Of a DNA stretch of 53,031 nucleotides, positions 26,938 to 36,073 are shown in pieces. The stretch covers positions 4,462,970 to 4,516,000 of the forward strand of contig CP070751.1 in assembly GCA_020348445.1 (NCBI GenBank). Reading direction: 5' to 3'. Position 1 is the first letter of the stretch. Each line of letters opens with the position of its first letter. The DNA is from Thermoplasmata archaeon (GTDB lineage: Archaea > Thermoplasmatota > Thermoplasmata > GCA-020350865). The notes beneath the pieces are model-generated. The model had not been told where the DNA came from. It did not search any database and saw only the letters and a program-made list of their open reading frames with translations. A program made the position numbers and the translations under genes.

Positions 26938-29900
26938 GGATGAAAATTCGATCAATCATAATCAGTATTATTCTTATTTTTACTATCTTTACCACAGTTG
27001 ATTTGGTTTTTGAATTTTCACCTTCTTATGGAAGCGCTACAATTTATGTTCCTAATGATTATCCCACGATACAGGATGCGATAAATGCAAGTAAGGATGG
27101 GGATACAGTATATGTCTTTAGCGGGACTTATTACGAAAATGTTGTGGTAAATAAGACCATTGACTTGATAGGAGAGGATAAGGAAACCACAATAATTGAT
27201 GGTGAATGGAGTGGAGTTGTTATCAATGTGAGTGCAAATTGGGTGAACATCACAGGATTTACAATCACTAGATCCGAAGGAGAGTATAAATGTGCAGGAA
27301 TAAAACTTTACAATGTCCATAACTGTAGGCTCGTAAACAATAATGTTACATCGAACGGTGCCCGCGGCATCTATCTCTATTATTCCAGCTTTATCAACAT
27401 AATAAGCAACACTATAACATCGAACTACGGAGACGGTATATATCTATATTTTTCAGATGAAAATAACATAATAGGCAATAACGTTTCAGACAACAGATTT
27501 AGTTCTGGCATCATCCTTCATAATTCATCAAACAACGCGATCGAGAACAACATCGTCTCGAATAACGAGGGATTTGGCATCTATCTCTATCAGTCCAGTC
27601 TGAACAACATCATAAACAACACCTGCAACTCGAACTCTTATCATGGCATATCACTAGGTGGCTCATCAAGCAATATGATTGCTAACAACACCTGCTCAAA
27701 CAATTCGGAGATTGGAATAGATATCAATAATTTCAGTCCAGACAACAACATCATAGACAATACCGTCACCTCAAACCTTAGGGATGGCATCTTTATCTAC
27801 TACAGTTCGAATGGGACCAACATCATCCACAACAATGTTTTGAACAACGATTGGTCAGGCATCTCAATCTATCACTCCTCAAATAATATAATAACAGATA
27901 ACACTGTTTATTTCAACAATTTTTACGGCATTGTTCTTTCTACATACCCCGGTCCTTTTCCTTACGAAACTGCAAACAACGAGGTAACAAACAACAATGT
28001 TATGGACAATGGAGATACCGGTATTTATCTTTACATATCACGAAACAATAACATCACTGGTAATAATATATCAAATAATAAGAATGGTACGCATCTTTAC
28101 GCACTTTCAGACAACAATATAATAACAGACAATATAATATCATCGAACAAATATGATGGGATCCATATTGAGTTTGCATCAAAATACAACATAATAACAA
28201 ACAATAGGATATCATCGAATAATAATGGCATATCTATTGAAATGATCTCAACAGACAACAATATCTTGAACAACGATATTTCAGATAATTTAGAGGGCAT
28301 AAATGTTACAACTTCAAGTTACAATAATATGTCTGGCAACAACATCTCAAACAACGAGCACGGCATTAGGTTTTTCAAAGCAAATGATAACAGAATAATA
28401 ACCAACAATGTTTCTTTAAATAGTTTAGATGGGATTCGCCTTCTCTCTTCTTCCAAGAGGAACAGCATCATAGACAATACCGTTTTCTCGAACAGCAATT
28501 ATGGAATCTATATAAATGACTCTTTGAATAACAATATTTACCACAACAACATCATAACCAATACAATTCAGGCTTACGATGGTACGAATAATGGGAATCA
28601 ATGGGATGATGGCTATCCTTCAGGCGGTAACTACTGGAGTGATTGGACGACACCAGATGATTACCATGGGCCAGATCAAGATATTCTGGGAAGCGACGGT
28701 ATAGTTGACAATGGGACAGTTGGAGGCGGTGGTAAGAATCCCTATGTTATCGATTCAGATTCCCAGGATAACTATCCTTTGACAACTCCGCACCCAATGT
28801 TACTAACCCTTTACATCAAAGCAAGCGCGGATGGTAGGGATGCCATACTCTATTGGGACCAACCCTCGATTTTTGGAGTGAGTCATTATTTGATATACCG
28901 CTCAGAAGACCAGACCAACTTCGATTTTAATAATGTGTGGGTAAATACCAAAACAGACACACAACCAGGGGAATCTTTATCCAATCCCCTCAGAACCACG
29001 TGGATTGATTTCAATGCCTCGGTTCCTGGCAATAAAAATTACAGGGAACAATACTATTATGTTATACAGAGTGTGTATGAATCAGGCAAGATGAGCCCGA
29101 GCAGCCGAACTGTTGGAAAATGGACCAAGTCATTCTCCCAGGGAATATCAACCTTCTCACTACCCTTAGAGCCCATCGATCCTATATACGTGGACTATTG
29201 CACCCATTCCATGAATGCCACTTATATCAGATACATTGATCCCAATCAGCATATTTGGCGCCAGCACAACTTTGGCGATGGTACTAAAAACAACACACAG
29301 ATGAAACTTGGTGAAGGGTACGAGATAAAACTAAGCAACCAGACTGTATTCACGTTTACAGGTTTACCAGGTGCCATGATAAGTTATTATGGCAACAGTG
29401 GATTCCTTGGTTTTGATCCAACTACCGAGGCTGATTGTCTTGAAGTTACAATCCAAGAAAATGGAGATGTAAACGTAACGTGGGAGGATCCAGGGAGTAT
29501 GGGCCCTGGGGATTATTATTACGAGATTTATTATTCATACAAAAGAGATGGCTTCTTTGGATACCTTGATTTCGATTATTCCCAGGTCTGCTCCCCTGTT
29601 GGTTTTGGAACCAATAATGTCACCCATGTAGGTGCACAAGCAAATGATCCAGGAAAAAGGTTGTATTATATGGTGGTTCCTTTCAATGCCCTCGGTATAA
29701 GAGGAACAAGCACATACAGCATCGGAATCTGGACTGAGGAATATCTGTCTCAGTATGATACAATGGGTATACCACTGAAACTGGATGTTGACCATACAGC
29801 AGACTGGTATTGCGACAACATCCCTGATACTGTTGGGATTAATTATTTCGATTACGATGGGCAGAGGTGGTGCTGGCATTCCAAAAGGATGTCTGAAGGT

Positions 29901-29984
29901 GCTTACGATACTGTTTTGAAGATGACGGAAGGTTACCAAATATCGACTTCGGACACCACAGAATTCACATTTATTGGGGTGTAG
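26934..29984 (+). CDS. Secreted gene C: NosD beta-helix protein with type II C-terminal domain (FN3-like + module, x2)
   Basis: GTG/TTG start (26931/26934) overlapping the B stop; long beta-helix; ends GYQISTSDTTEFTFIGV. Confidence 0.85.
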   Translation: MRMKIRSIIISIILIFTIFTTVDLVFEFSPSYGSATIYVPNDYPTIQDAINASKDGDTVYVFSGTYYENVVVNKTIDLIGEDKETTIIDGEWSGVVINVSANWVNITGFTITRSEGEYKCAGIKLYNVHNCRLVNNNVTSNGARGIYLYYSSFINIISNTITSNYGDGIYLYFSDENNIIGNNVSDNRFSSGIILHNSSNNAIENNIVSNNEGFGIYLYQSSLNNIINNTCNSNSYHGISLGGSSSNMIANNTCSNNSEIGIDINNFSPDNNIIDNTVTSNLRDGIFIYYSSNGTNIIHNNVLNNDWSGISIYHSSNNIITDNTVYFNNFYGIVLSTYPGPFPYETANNEVTNNNVMDNGDTGIYLYISRNNNITGNNISNNKNGTHLYALSDNNIITDNIISSNKYDGIHIEFASKYNIITNNRISSNNNGISIEMISTDNNILNNDISDNLEGINVTTSSYNNMSGNNISNNEHGIRFFKANDNRIITNNVSLNSLDGIRLLSSSKRNSIIDNTVFSNSNYGIYINDSLNNNIYHNNIITNTIQAYDGTNNGNQWDDGYPSGGNYWSDWTTPDDYHGPDQDILGSDGIVDNGTVGGGGKNPYVIDSDSQDNYPLTTPHPMLLTLYIKASADGRDAILYWDQPSIFGVSHYLIYRSEDQTNFDFNNVWVNTKTDTQPGESLSNPLRTTWIDFNASVPGNKNYREQYYYVIQSVYESGKMSPSSRTVGKWTKSFSQGISTFSLPLEPIDPIYVDYCTHSMNATYIRYIDPNQHIWRQHNFGDGTKNNTQMKLGEGYEIKLSNQTVFTFTGLPGAMISYYGNSGFLGFDPTTEADCLEVTIQENGDVNVTWEDPGSMGPGDYYYEIYYSYKRDGFFGYLDFDYSQVCSPVGFGTNNVTHVGAQANDPGKRLYYMVVPFNALGIRGTSTYSIGIWTEEYLSQYDTMGIPLKLDVDHTADWYCDNIPDTVGINYFDYDGQRWCWHSKRMSEGAYDTVLKMTEGYQISTSDTTEFTFIGV
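28674..29984 (+). repeat. ~1.3 kb direct repeat, copy 1 (C C-terminus); copy 2 at 32102-33412
   Basis: Constant 3428 bp offset. For example, 29022-29105 is identical to 32450-32533 (84 nt). Confidence 0.88.
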
Positions 29985-30067
29985 AACCCAAGCTTTTTCG
30001 AGCGGAAAATCTTATAATCTATTAAAACAATGTGAAATTGTTCTGTGCAGGATAATGGAGGGGGCGT

Positions 30068-33000
30068 ATACATACGAATAATAACTCCTGGAAGAGAGAA
30101 AAGAGGGCTAAATCGCTAAAACGATCATGTTTCATAGTTGTTGTGCTTTTTATTATATCAATTACGATGCTGATTGTTCCTGATGAAAATCTGATACCAA
30201 CCTCCAGCGGGACAACAATCTATGTTCCCACAGATTATCCTACGATACAGGAAGCAATAAACGCTGCAAAAGATGGGGATACAGTCTATGTTTATAGCGG
30301 GACATATTACGAGCGTATAGGGGTGAATAAAGCTATAAATCTGATTGGAGATGGCCCTGACTCGACGACTATATGCGGACAAAGTGCAGGTCAAACAGTT
30401 TATGTAAACACCGATTGGGTGAATATCACAGGATTCACAATCACCACTGATAATCCTAATGTTGAGGGATTAATTATATATTCTGATCATGTAACAATTG
30501 CACGCAATATATTTACGATCAGCGAGATCGGCATCTATATCCAGAAATCCAGTGCAATTACCATGATGGATAACATTATGTTACATAATGGAATTTATAT
30601 TGAGGGTTATTCCCTTGAGCACTGGAACACACATGAAATTGACTTTACAAACACCGTAAATGGCAAGCCAATTTGGTATTTAAAGGACCTAACAGAGGGC
30701 GTAGTCCCATCTAATGCTGGACAAGTTATTCTTGCCAACTGCACGAACGTCAATGTAGTGGGACAAGAAATTACCGATGTTACCGTGGGTATTTCTTTAG
30801 GTTTTTCTTCTCATAATAATATCACGAACAATAATATCACATCATGCAGGCGCTACTATGGTATGGGTCTCATTTATTCAAATGGGAATAACATTATGGG
30901 TAATCTCATCAGCACCCCCCGTGGCGATGGCTTCTATCTCAACCATTCCAGCTGGAACAACATCATAGGCAATAACATTTCGGATAACAGAGGCGGTGAT
31001 GGTATACATCTCAGGGATTCCTACGAAAATCGCATTATTGGCAACACCCTTTTTTCGAATATACGAAAGGGTATTTGGGTCTATTATTCAGATGGTAACT
31101 ATATCGCAGACAACAATATATCTTGGAATGGGTGTGGTATTGAGGTTCTGCGCTCATCTTACAACTACATCGAAAACAACACCTGCGTACGGAATCATAA
31201 TGATGGTATTGTGTTCGGTTTGGCTCCTAGAAACTCTGCTAAAAACAATCATTGTTACAAGAACGGCAATGGCATCTTTATCGCTACTTATTCCAACGAG
31301 ACCGATGTCATAGGCAACTACATTTCGTATAGCAGAAACGACGGTATTCCTGTCAAGTTCTCCTGCAGAAACAACATCATAGACAATACAATCATCTCGA
31401 ACTCCAGAAAGGGTATCTATTTGTGGTTTTCCCACGAGAACTACTTTTTTAACAACAGCATCACCTCAACCGAGGAATCCGGTATCTATTTCCTCCAATC
31501 CAGGAGGAACATCATCCATGACAACAAAATTCAGAATAATAACATACATGGCATGTATCTTTATGCACTTTCAAACAACAATATAATAACAGACAATATA
31601 ATATCATCGAACAAGTACGATGGCATCCTTGTTGAGTATTCATCAAACAATAAGATAAAGCGCAACGATATCTCCGACAATTTAGGAGGATTAAATCTTT
31701 CCACACCACCAGTGTCCAATTTAAACTCAAGTTACAATATAATATCAGACAATAATATTACTAACAACGAGCGCGGCATCTGGCTTTATTCAGCATTGAC
31801 CAACGCAATAATAGGCAACAACATTTCTCTTAACAATGATGATGGTATCCGCCTTCTCACTTCATCTGATATGAACGGCATCATTGGCAATACCATCTTC
31901 TCAAATAACGGGTATGGCATCTATTTAAGCGAGTCATCACGCAATAGCATTTATCACAACTACATCTTAAATAATGCAATTCAAGCTTTTGATTATACAA
32001 TTGATACAAATCGATGGGATATTGGCTATCCTTTGGGCGGTAATTTCTGGTCTGATTTCGATGAACCTAGCGAGGGAGCCTATGACGATTATCAAGGATC
32101 AGATCAAGATATTTTGGGTAGCGACGGTATAGTTGACAACGGGACGATTGGAGGTGGTGGTAAGAATCCATATGTGATCGATTCAGATTCTCAGGATAAC
32201 TATCCATTGGTCATACCACCAGTAATGACACCGACTCTTCACATCAAAGCAAGTGCGGATGGTAGGGATGCGATACTCTATTGGGACCAACCCTCGATTT
32301 TTGGAGTGAGTCATTATTTGATATACCGCTCAGAAGATCAAACAAATTTCGATTTTGATGATGTGTGGGTAAATACCAAAACAGACACACAACCAGGGGA
32401 ATCTTTATCCAATCCCCTCAGAAACACGTGGATTGATTTCAATGCCTCTGTTCCTGGCAATAAAAATTACAGGGAACAATACTATTATGTTATACAGAGT
32501 GTGTATGAATCAGGCAAGATGAGCCCGAGCAGCAGAACTGTTGGAAAATGGACCAGGTCATTCCCCCGGGGAATATCAACCTTCTCGCTCCCCTTGGAGC
32601 CCATCGATCCTTTGTACGTCGACCATTGCACCCAGTCAATGAATGCTACTTATATCAAATACATGAGTCCTGATCAGCATACTTGGCGCCAGCATAATTT
32701 CGACGATGGTATCAATAACAATACACAAATGATACTGGGAGAAGGCTATGAGGTAAAACTAAGTAACCAGACTGTATTCACGTTTACAGGTTTACCAGGT
32801 GCCATGATAAGTTATTATGGCAATGGTGGATTCCTCGGTTTTGATCCAACTACCGAGGCTGATTGTCTTGAAGTTACAATCCAAGAAAATGGGGATGTAA
32901 ACTTAACGTGGGAGGAACCAGGGAGTATGGGCCCGGGAGATTATTATTACGAGATATATTTTTCAAACAAAAGAGATGGCTTCTTCGGATACGTTGATTT

Positions 33001-33412
33001 CGATTATTCCCAAGTCTGCTCCCCTGTTGGTTTTGGAACCAATAATGTCACCCATGTAGGTGCACAAGCAAACGATCCAGGAAAAAGGTTGTATTATATG
33101 GTGGTTCCTTTCAACGCCATGGGTATAAGAGGAACAAGCACTTACAGCATTGGAATCTGGACAGAGGAATATCTATCCCAATATGATACAATGGGGATAC
33201 CACTGAAACTGGATGTTAACCATACAGCAGACTGGTATTGCGACAACATCCCTAATACAGTTGGGATTAATTACTTCAATTACAATGGGCAGAGGTGGGC
33301 ATGGCACGCAACGAGGATGCTCGTAGGTGCCTATGATACTGTTTTAGAGATGACGGAAGGCTATCAAATATCGACTTCTGACACCACAGAATTCACATTT
33401 ATTGGTGTTTAG
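30068..33412 (+). CDS. Secreted gene D: NosD beta-helix protein with type II C-terminal domain; start anomalous (see findings)
   Basis: Frame is open from 30056, but the first canonical start (GTG 30143) lies inside the signal-peptide hydrophobic core. Ends GYQISTSDTTEFTFIGV. Confidence 0.8.
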   Translation: MHTNNNSWKREKRAKSLKRSCFIVVVLFIISITMLIVPDENLIPTSSGTTIYVPTDYPTIQEAINAAKDGDTVYVYSGTYYERIGVNKAINLIGDGPDSTTICGQSAGQTVYVNTDWVNITGFTITTDNPNVEGLIIYSDHVTIARNIFTISEIGIYIQKSSAITMMDNIMLHNGIYIEGYSLEHWNTHEIDFTNTVNGKPIWYLKDLTEGVVPSNAGQVILANCTNVNVVGQEITDVTVGISLGFSSHNNITNNNITSCRRYYGMGLIYSNGNNIMGNLISTPRGDGFYLNHSSWNNIIGNNISDNRGGDGIHLRDSYENRIIGNTLFSNIRKGIWVYYSDGNYIADNNISWNGCGIEVLRSSYNYIENNTCVRNHNDGIVFGLAPRNSAKNNHCYKNGNGIFIATYSNETDVIGNYISYSRNDGIPVKFSCRNNIIDNTIISNSRKGIYLWFSHENYFFNNSITSTEESGIYFLQSRRNIIHDNKIQNNNIHGMYLYALSNNNIITDNIISSNKYDGILVEYSSNNKIKRNDISDNLGGLNLSTPPVSNLNSSYNIISDNNITNNERGIWLYSALTNAIIGNNISLNNDDGIRLLTSSDMNGIIGNTIFSNNGYGIYLSESSRNSIYHNYILNNAIQAFDYTIDTNRWDIGYPLGGNFWSDFDEPSEGAYDDYQGSDQDILGSDGIVDNGTIGGGGKNPYVIDSDSQDNYPLVIPPVMTPTLHIKASADGRDAILYWDQPSIFGVSHYLIYRSEDQTNFDFDDVWVNTKTDTQPGESLSNPLRNTWIDFNASVPGNKNYREQYYYVIQSVYESGKMSPSSRTVGKWTRSFPRGISTFSLPLEPIDPLYVDHCTQSMNATYIKYMSPDQHTWRQHNFDDGINNNTQMILGEGYEVKLSNQTVFTFTGLPGAMISYYGNGGFLGFDPTTEADCLEVTIQENGDVNLTWEEPGSMGPGDYYYEIYFSNKRDGFFGYVDFDYSQVCSPVGFGTNNVTHVGAQANDPGKRLYYMVVPFNAMGIRGTSTYSIGIWTEEYLSQYDTMGIPLKLDVNHTADWYCDNIPNTVGINYFNYNGQRWAWHATRMLVGAYDTVLEMTEGYQISTSDTTEFTFIGV

Positions 33413-33458
33413 AATCTGTGTTCATATAGTGACCGGGAATTTTCGGGTTATTTACTCA

Positions 33459-33474
33459 CGAAAAGCGTATAAGG
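33459..33474 (+). promoter_or_regulatory. BRE/TATA promoter of secreted gene E
   Basis: CGAAAAGCGTATAAGG, identical to 22389-22404. Confidence 0.55.
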
Positions 33475-33535
33475 ATTAAAATCAATAATGTAAGTTAATA
33501 CAAAGGATTTAGACGGTCGGGGCAAGGGACTGGAC

Positions 33536-35791
33536 ATGAAAAAAAGAATAAGCCTGGTTTGGATCATATGTTTGCTTTTAGCCAATGGAATTTTGGTGTT
33601 TCTTCCTTTAGAACCGGAAGTCGCTAGCGCAAGGAAAATCTGGTATGTGGGCTCAGGTGATGGAAACGATTCCGCTACAATTAACGGTGGAATAACATTA
33701 GCAGATGATGGGGATACGGTTTTCGTACACAGTGGAATTTACTATGAAAATGTTATGGTGTATAAAACAATAGATCTAATCGGGGAGGATAGAAAGACCA
33801 CAATAATCGACGCAGGTGAGGTAGGGAGCGCTATTTATGTGGAATGTGATTGGGTGAGTATTACGGGATTTACCGTTAAAGGATGTGGTGGTACTGGTTA
33901 TAATGGGGGTGGGATCAAACTTTATCAAGCCCAGAATTGCACCATTTATCACAATAATGCATCAAACAATCTACACAATGGTATATTTTTGGAGGAATCT
34001 TTGAATAACGAGATAAGGGATAACATTATTACTTGGAATGATTGGGACGGCATCGAACTTTTTTATTCACCATACAACAGGATAATTAACAACAGCTTGT
34101 CATTTAATTCCAGGGATGCCATAAGAATCTGGAACTCGAATCTAGTAGACAACAAACCAGCCTCTAAAAACAATATCATAAAGAACAACAACGTTTCTAA
34201 TAATCCGAATCGGGGTATCATAATAGAGGGGCCACCATTTCCTTCCTGCAATAAAATATTAAACAATATTGTCATATCAAACGAAAAAGGTATCGCGCTT
34301 TTCGATTGCTTTGATAATATTGTCGCAAGAAATACAGTCTTGTACAACGATCACGGCATTCGCCTTTCCTCCTCCTCCTCAAACAATCGCGTTTTCCATA
34401 ACCAAATAATAAGCAACACTCATCAAGCATTTAATTGGGAGAATAACAACTTCTGGGATGATGGTTATCCCTCTGGTGGTAACTACTGGTCCGATTATAC
34501 AGGGATAGATATTAACAGCGGACCGAATCAGGATCAACCTGGCAGTGATGGTATCGGAGACACACCATATACAGCCATCGAAGGGCCCTCAGGTGGCCAG
34601 GATAACTATCCGCTTATGGATCCCGGTGGAGGATACGAACCGGAATTTCTACCACCCGAGCTTTGTATTACTGTGAGTTCAAATGGTAATGATGTGATAT
34701 TATATTGGGATAGCCCCCCATCATCCCCGGGAACTACCTATCAAATATACAGATCGACATCCCAAATTGGATTCAATTTTAATTCCCCTCATGATACCGC
34801 CTTCCAATCGCCCTGGACAGATAGTAACGCTGCAAACCCAGGACAACTCAATTACGAAGAACAGTATTACTATGTGATACGAACCAGAAATATGCAAGGG
34901 GAAATGACAAGAACCAGCAGAACGGTGGGTAAATGGACTAGGGTATTTTCGCAGGGAGTCTCGTCTTTTTCCCTTCCACTGGAACCTATTGACACCCTTT
35001 ATACGGACGATTTAACATCCATTACGAATGCAGAATATATCAAATATATAGATCCTATTACCCGTACTTGGCGACAGCACAATTTTGGTGACAGCGCCCT
35101 CAACAATACAGAAATGAAATTAGGCGAGGCCTATGAGATAAAATTCAGCCAGCAATCAAAACACACGTTCACGGGTTTGCCTGGTGCCATGATATTATAC
35201 GATGACGACATCGGATTTTCAGGATTCGACCCAGACACAGATGCACAAAGCCTCAATATTTCTATCGAATCAGACGGGGATGTGAGGCTTTCTTGGCAGG
35301 CGCCAACAGGTATGGGAACTGGAGATTATTATCTGGTGTACTGCTCAAATACCAGGGACGGCTTTTTTGGTGACCTTAATTCGGGTTTTTCCATCGTCGA
35401 CAGCGTTGGTTTCGGGATAAATACGGCAATGCATGAAGGTGCTAGGGCGAATGATCCAGGGACCAGGTTGTACTATATGGTGCTCCCAGTGAACGCAACC
35501 AGGGTCATGGGTGCGGGAACCTACAGCGTCGGGATTTGGACCGAGAAATATCTGTCTCAATACGATACAATAGGGATACCACTGAAACTAGAAAACAACC
35601 AAACTGTGGACTGGTATTGCGACAACATCCCTGATACAGTGGGAATCAATTATTTCGATCACAATGGGCAGAGATGGGCATGGCACGCAACGAGGATGCC
35701 CGAAGGTACCTACGATACTGTCTTGGAAATGACGGAAGGCTATCAAATATCGACTTCGGACACCACAAAATACATATTTATCGGGATATAA
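33536..35791 (+). CDS. Secreted gene E: NosD beta-helix protein with type II C-terminal domain
   Basis: Signal peptide; GGNYWSDY...DGIGDTPY; ends GYQISTSDTTKYIFIGI. Confidence 0.85.
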   Translation: MKKRISLVWIICLLLANGILVFLPLEPEVASARKIWYVGSGDGNDSATINGGITLADDGDTVFVHSGIYYENVMVYKTIDLIGEDRKTTIIDAGEVGSAIYVECDWVSITGFTVKGCGGTGYNGGGIKLYQAQNCTIYHNNASNNLHNGIFLEESLNNEIRDNIITWNDWDGIELFYSPYNRIINNSLSFNSRDAIRIWNSNLVDNKPASKNNIIKNNNVSNNPNRGIIIEGPPFPSCNKILNNIVISNEKGIALFDCFDNIVARNTVLYNDHGIRLSSSSSNNRVFHNQIISNTHQAFNWENNNFWDDGYPSGGNYWSDYTGIDINSGPNQDQPGSDGIGDTPYTAIEGPSGGQDNYPLMDPGGGYEPEFLPPELCITVSSNGNDVILYWDSPPSSPGTTYQIYRSTSQIGFNFNSPHDTAFQSPWTDSNAANPGQLNYEEQYYYVIRTRNMQGEMTRTSRTVGKWTRVFSQGVSSFSLPLEPIDTLYTDDLTSITNAEYIKYIDPITRTWRQHNFGDSALNNTEMKLGEAYEIKFSQQSKHTFTGLPGAMILYDDDIGFSGFDPDTDAQSLNISIESDGDVRLSWQAPTGMGTGDYYLVYCSNTRDGFFGDLNSGFSIVDSVGFGINTAMHEGARANDPGTRLYYMVLPVNATRVMGAGTYSVGIWTEKYLSQYDTIGIPLKLENNQTVDWYCDNIPDTVGINYFDHNGQRWAWHATRMPEGTYDTVLEMTEGYQISTSDTTKYIFIGI

Positions 35792-35828
35792 GCATAAACT
35801 CTAGAACATCAATTTGATAGTTTATGCT
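35791..35828 (+). terminator. Putative hairpin/terminator after gene E
   Basis: AGCATAAACT...AGTTTATGCT 10 bp arms with an inner ATCAA-T-TTGAT, directly after the stop and followed by a T-rich tract. Confidence 0.4.
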
Positions 35829-36073
35829 TTTCTGAATAAAACTCCTCTCTTTCCTCTTTTTTATAGTAGGAGATAACCTACACCAATTGTTTAGGGATTG
35901 TGTGCAGGTCTTTTCTCGCATGTCGAGGCTCTATGTATATAGATTGTTGAGTATGAATCCTTAATAATCTAAGGATATTACATAAATTATAAATAGGACA
36001 GGTTTTATAAATAAGATTGTCGGTCTCAAATCGCTTTATTCAAAATAAAAAACTGATTATAGAGGAGGGAATA

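Noticed and set aside
24179-33412. Long paired repeats as DGR template/variable regions
   Set aside because: Mismatches are mostly synonymous third-position changes of all types, not adenine-specific. Both copies are coding, and there is no reverse transcriptase in the window.
22430-35791. NosD-like genes as nitrous-oxide reductase accessory genes
   Set aside because: There is no nosZ/F/Y/L context. The similarity is only to the generic CASH/beta-helix fold.
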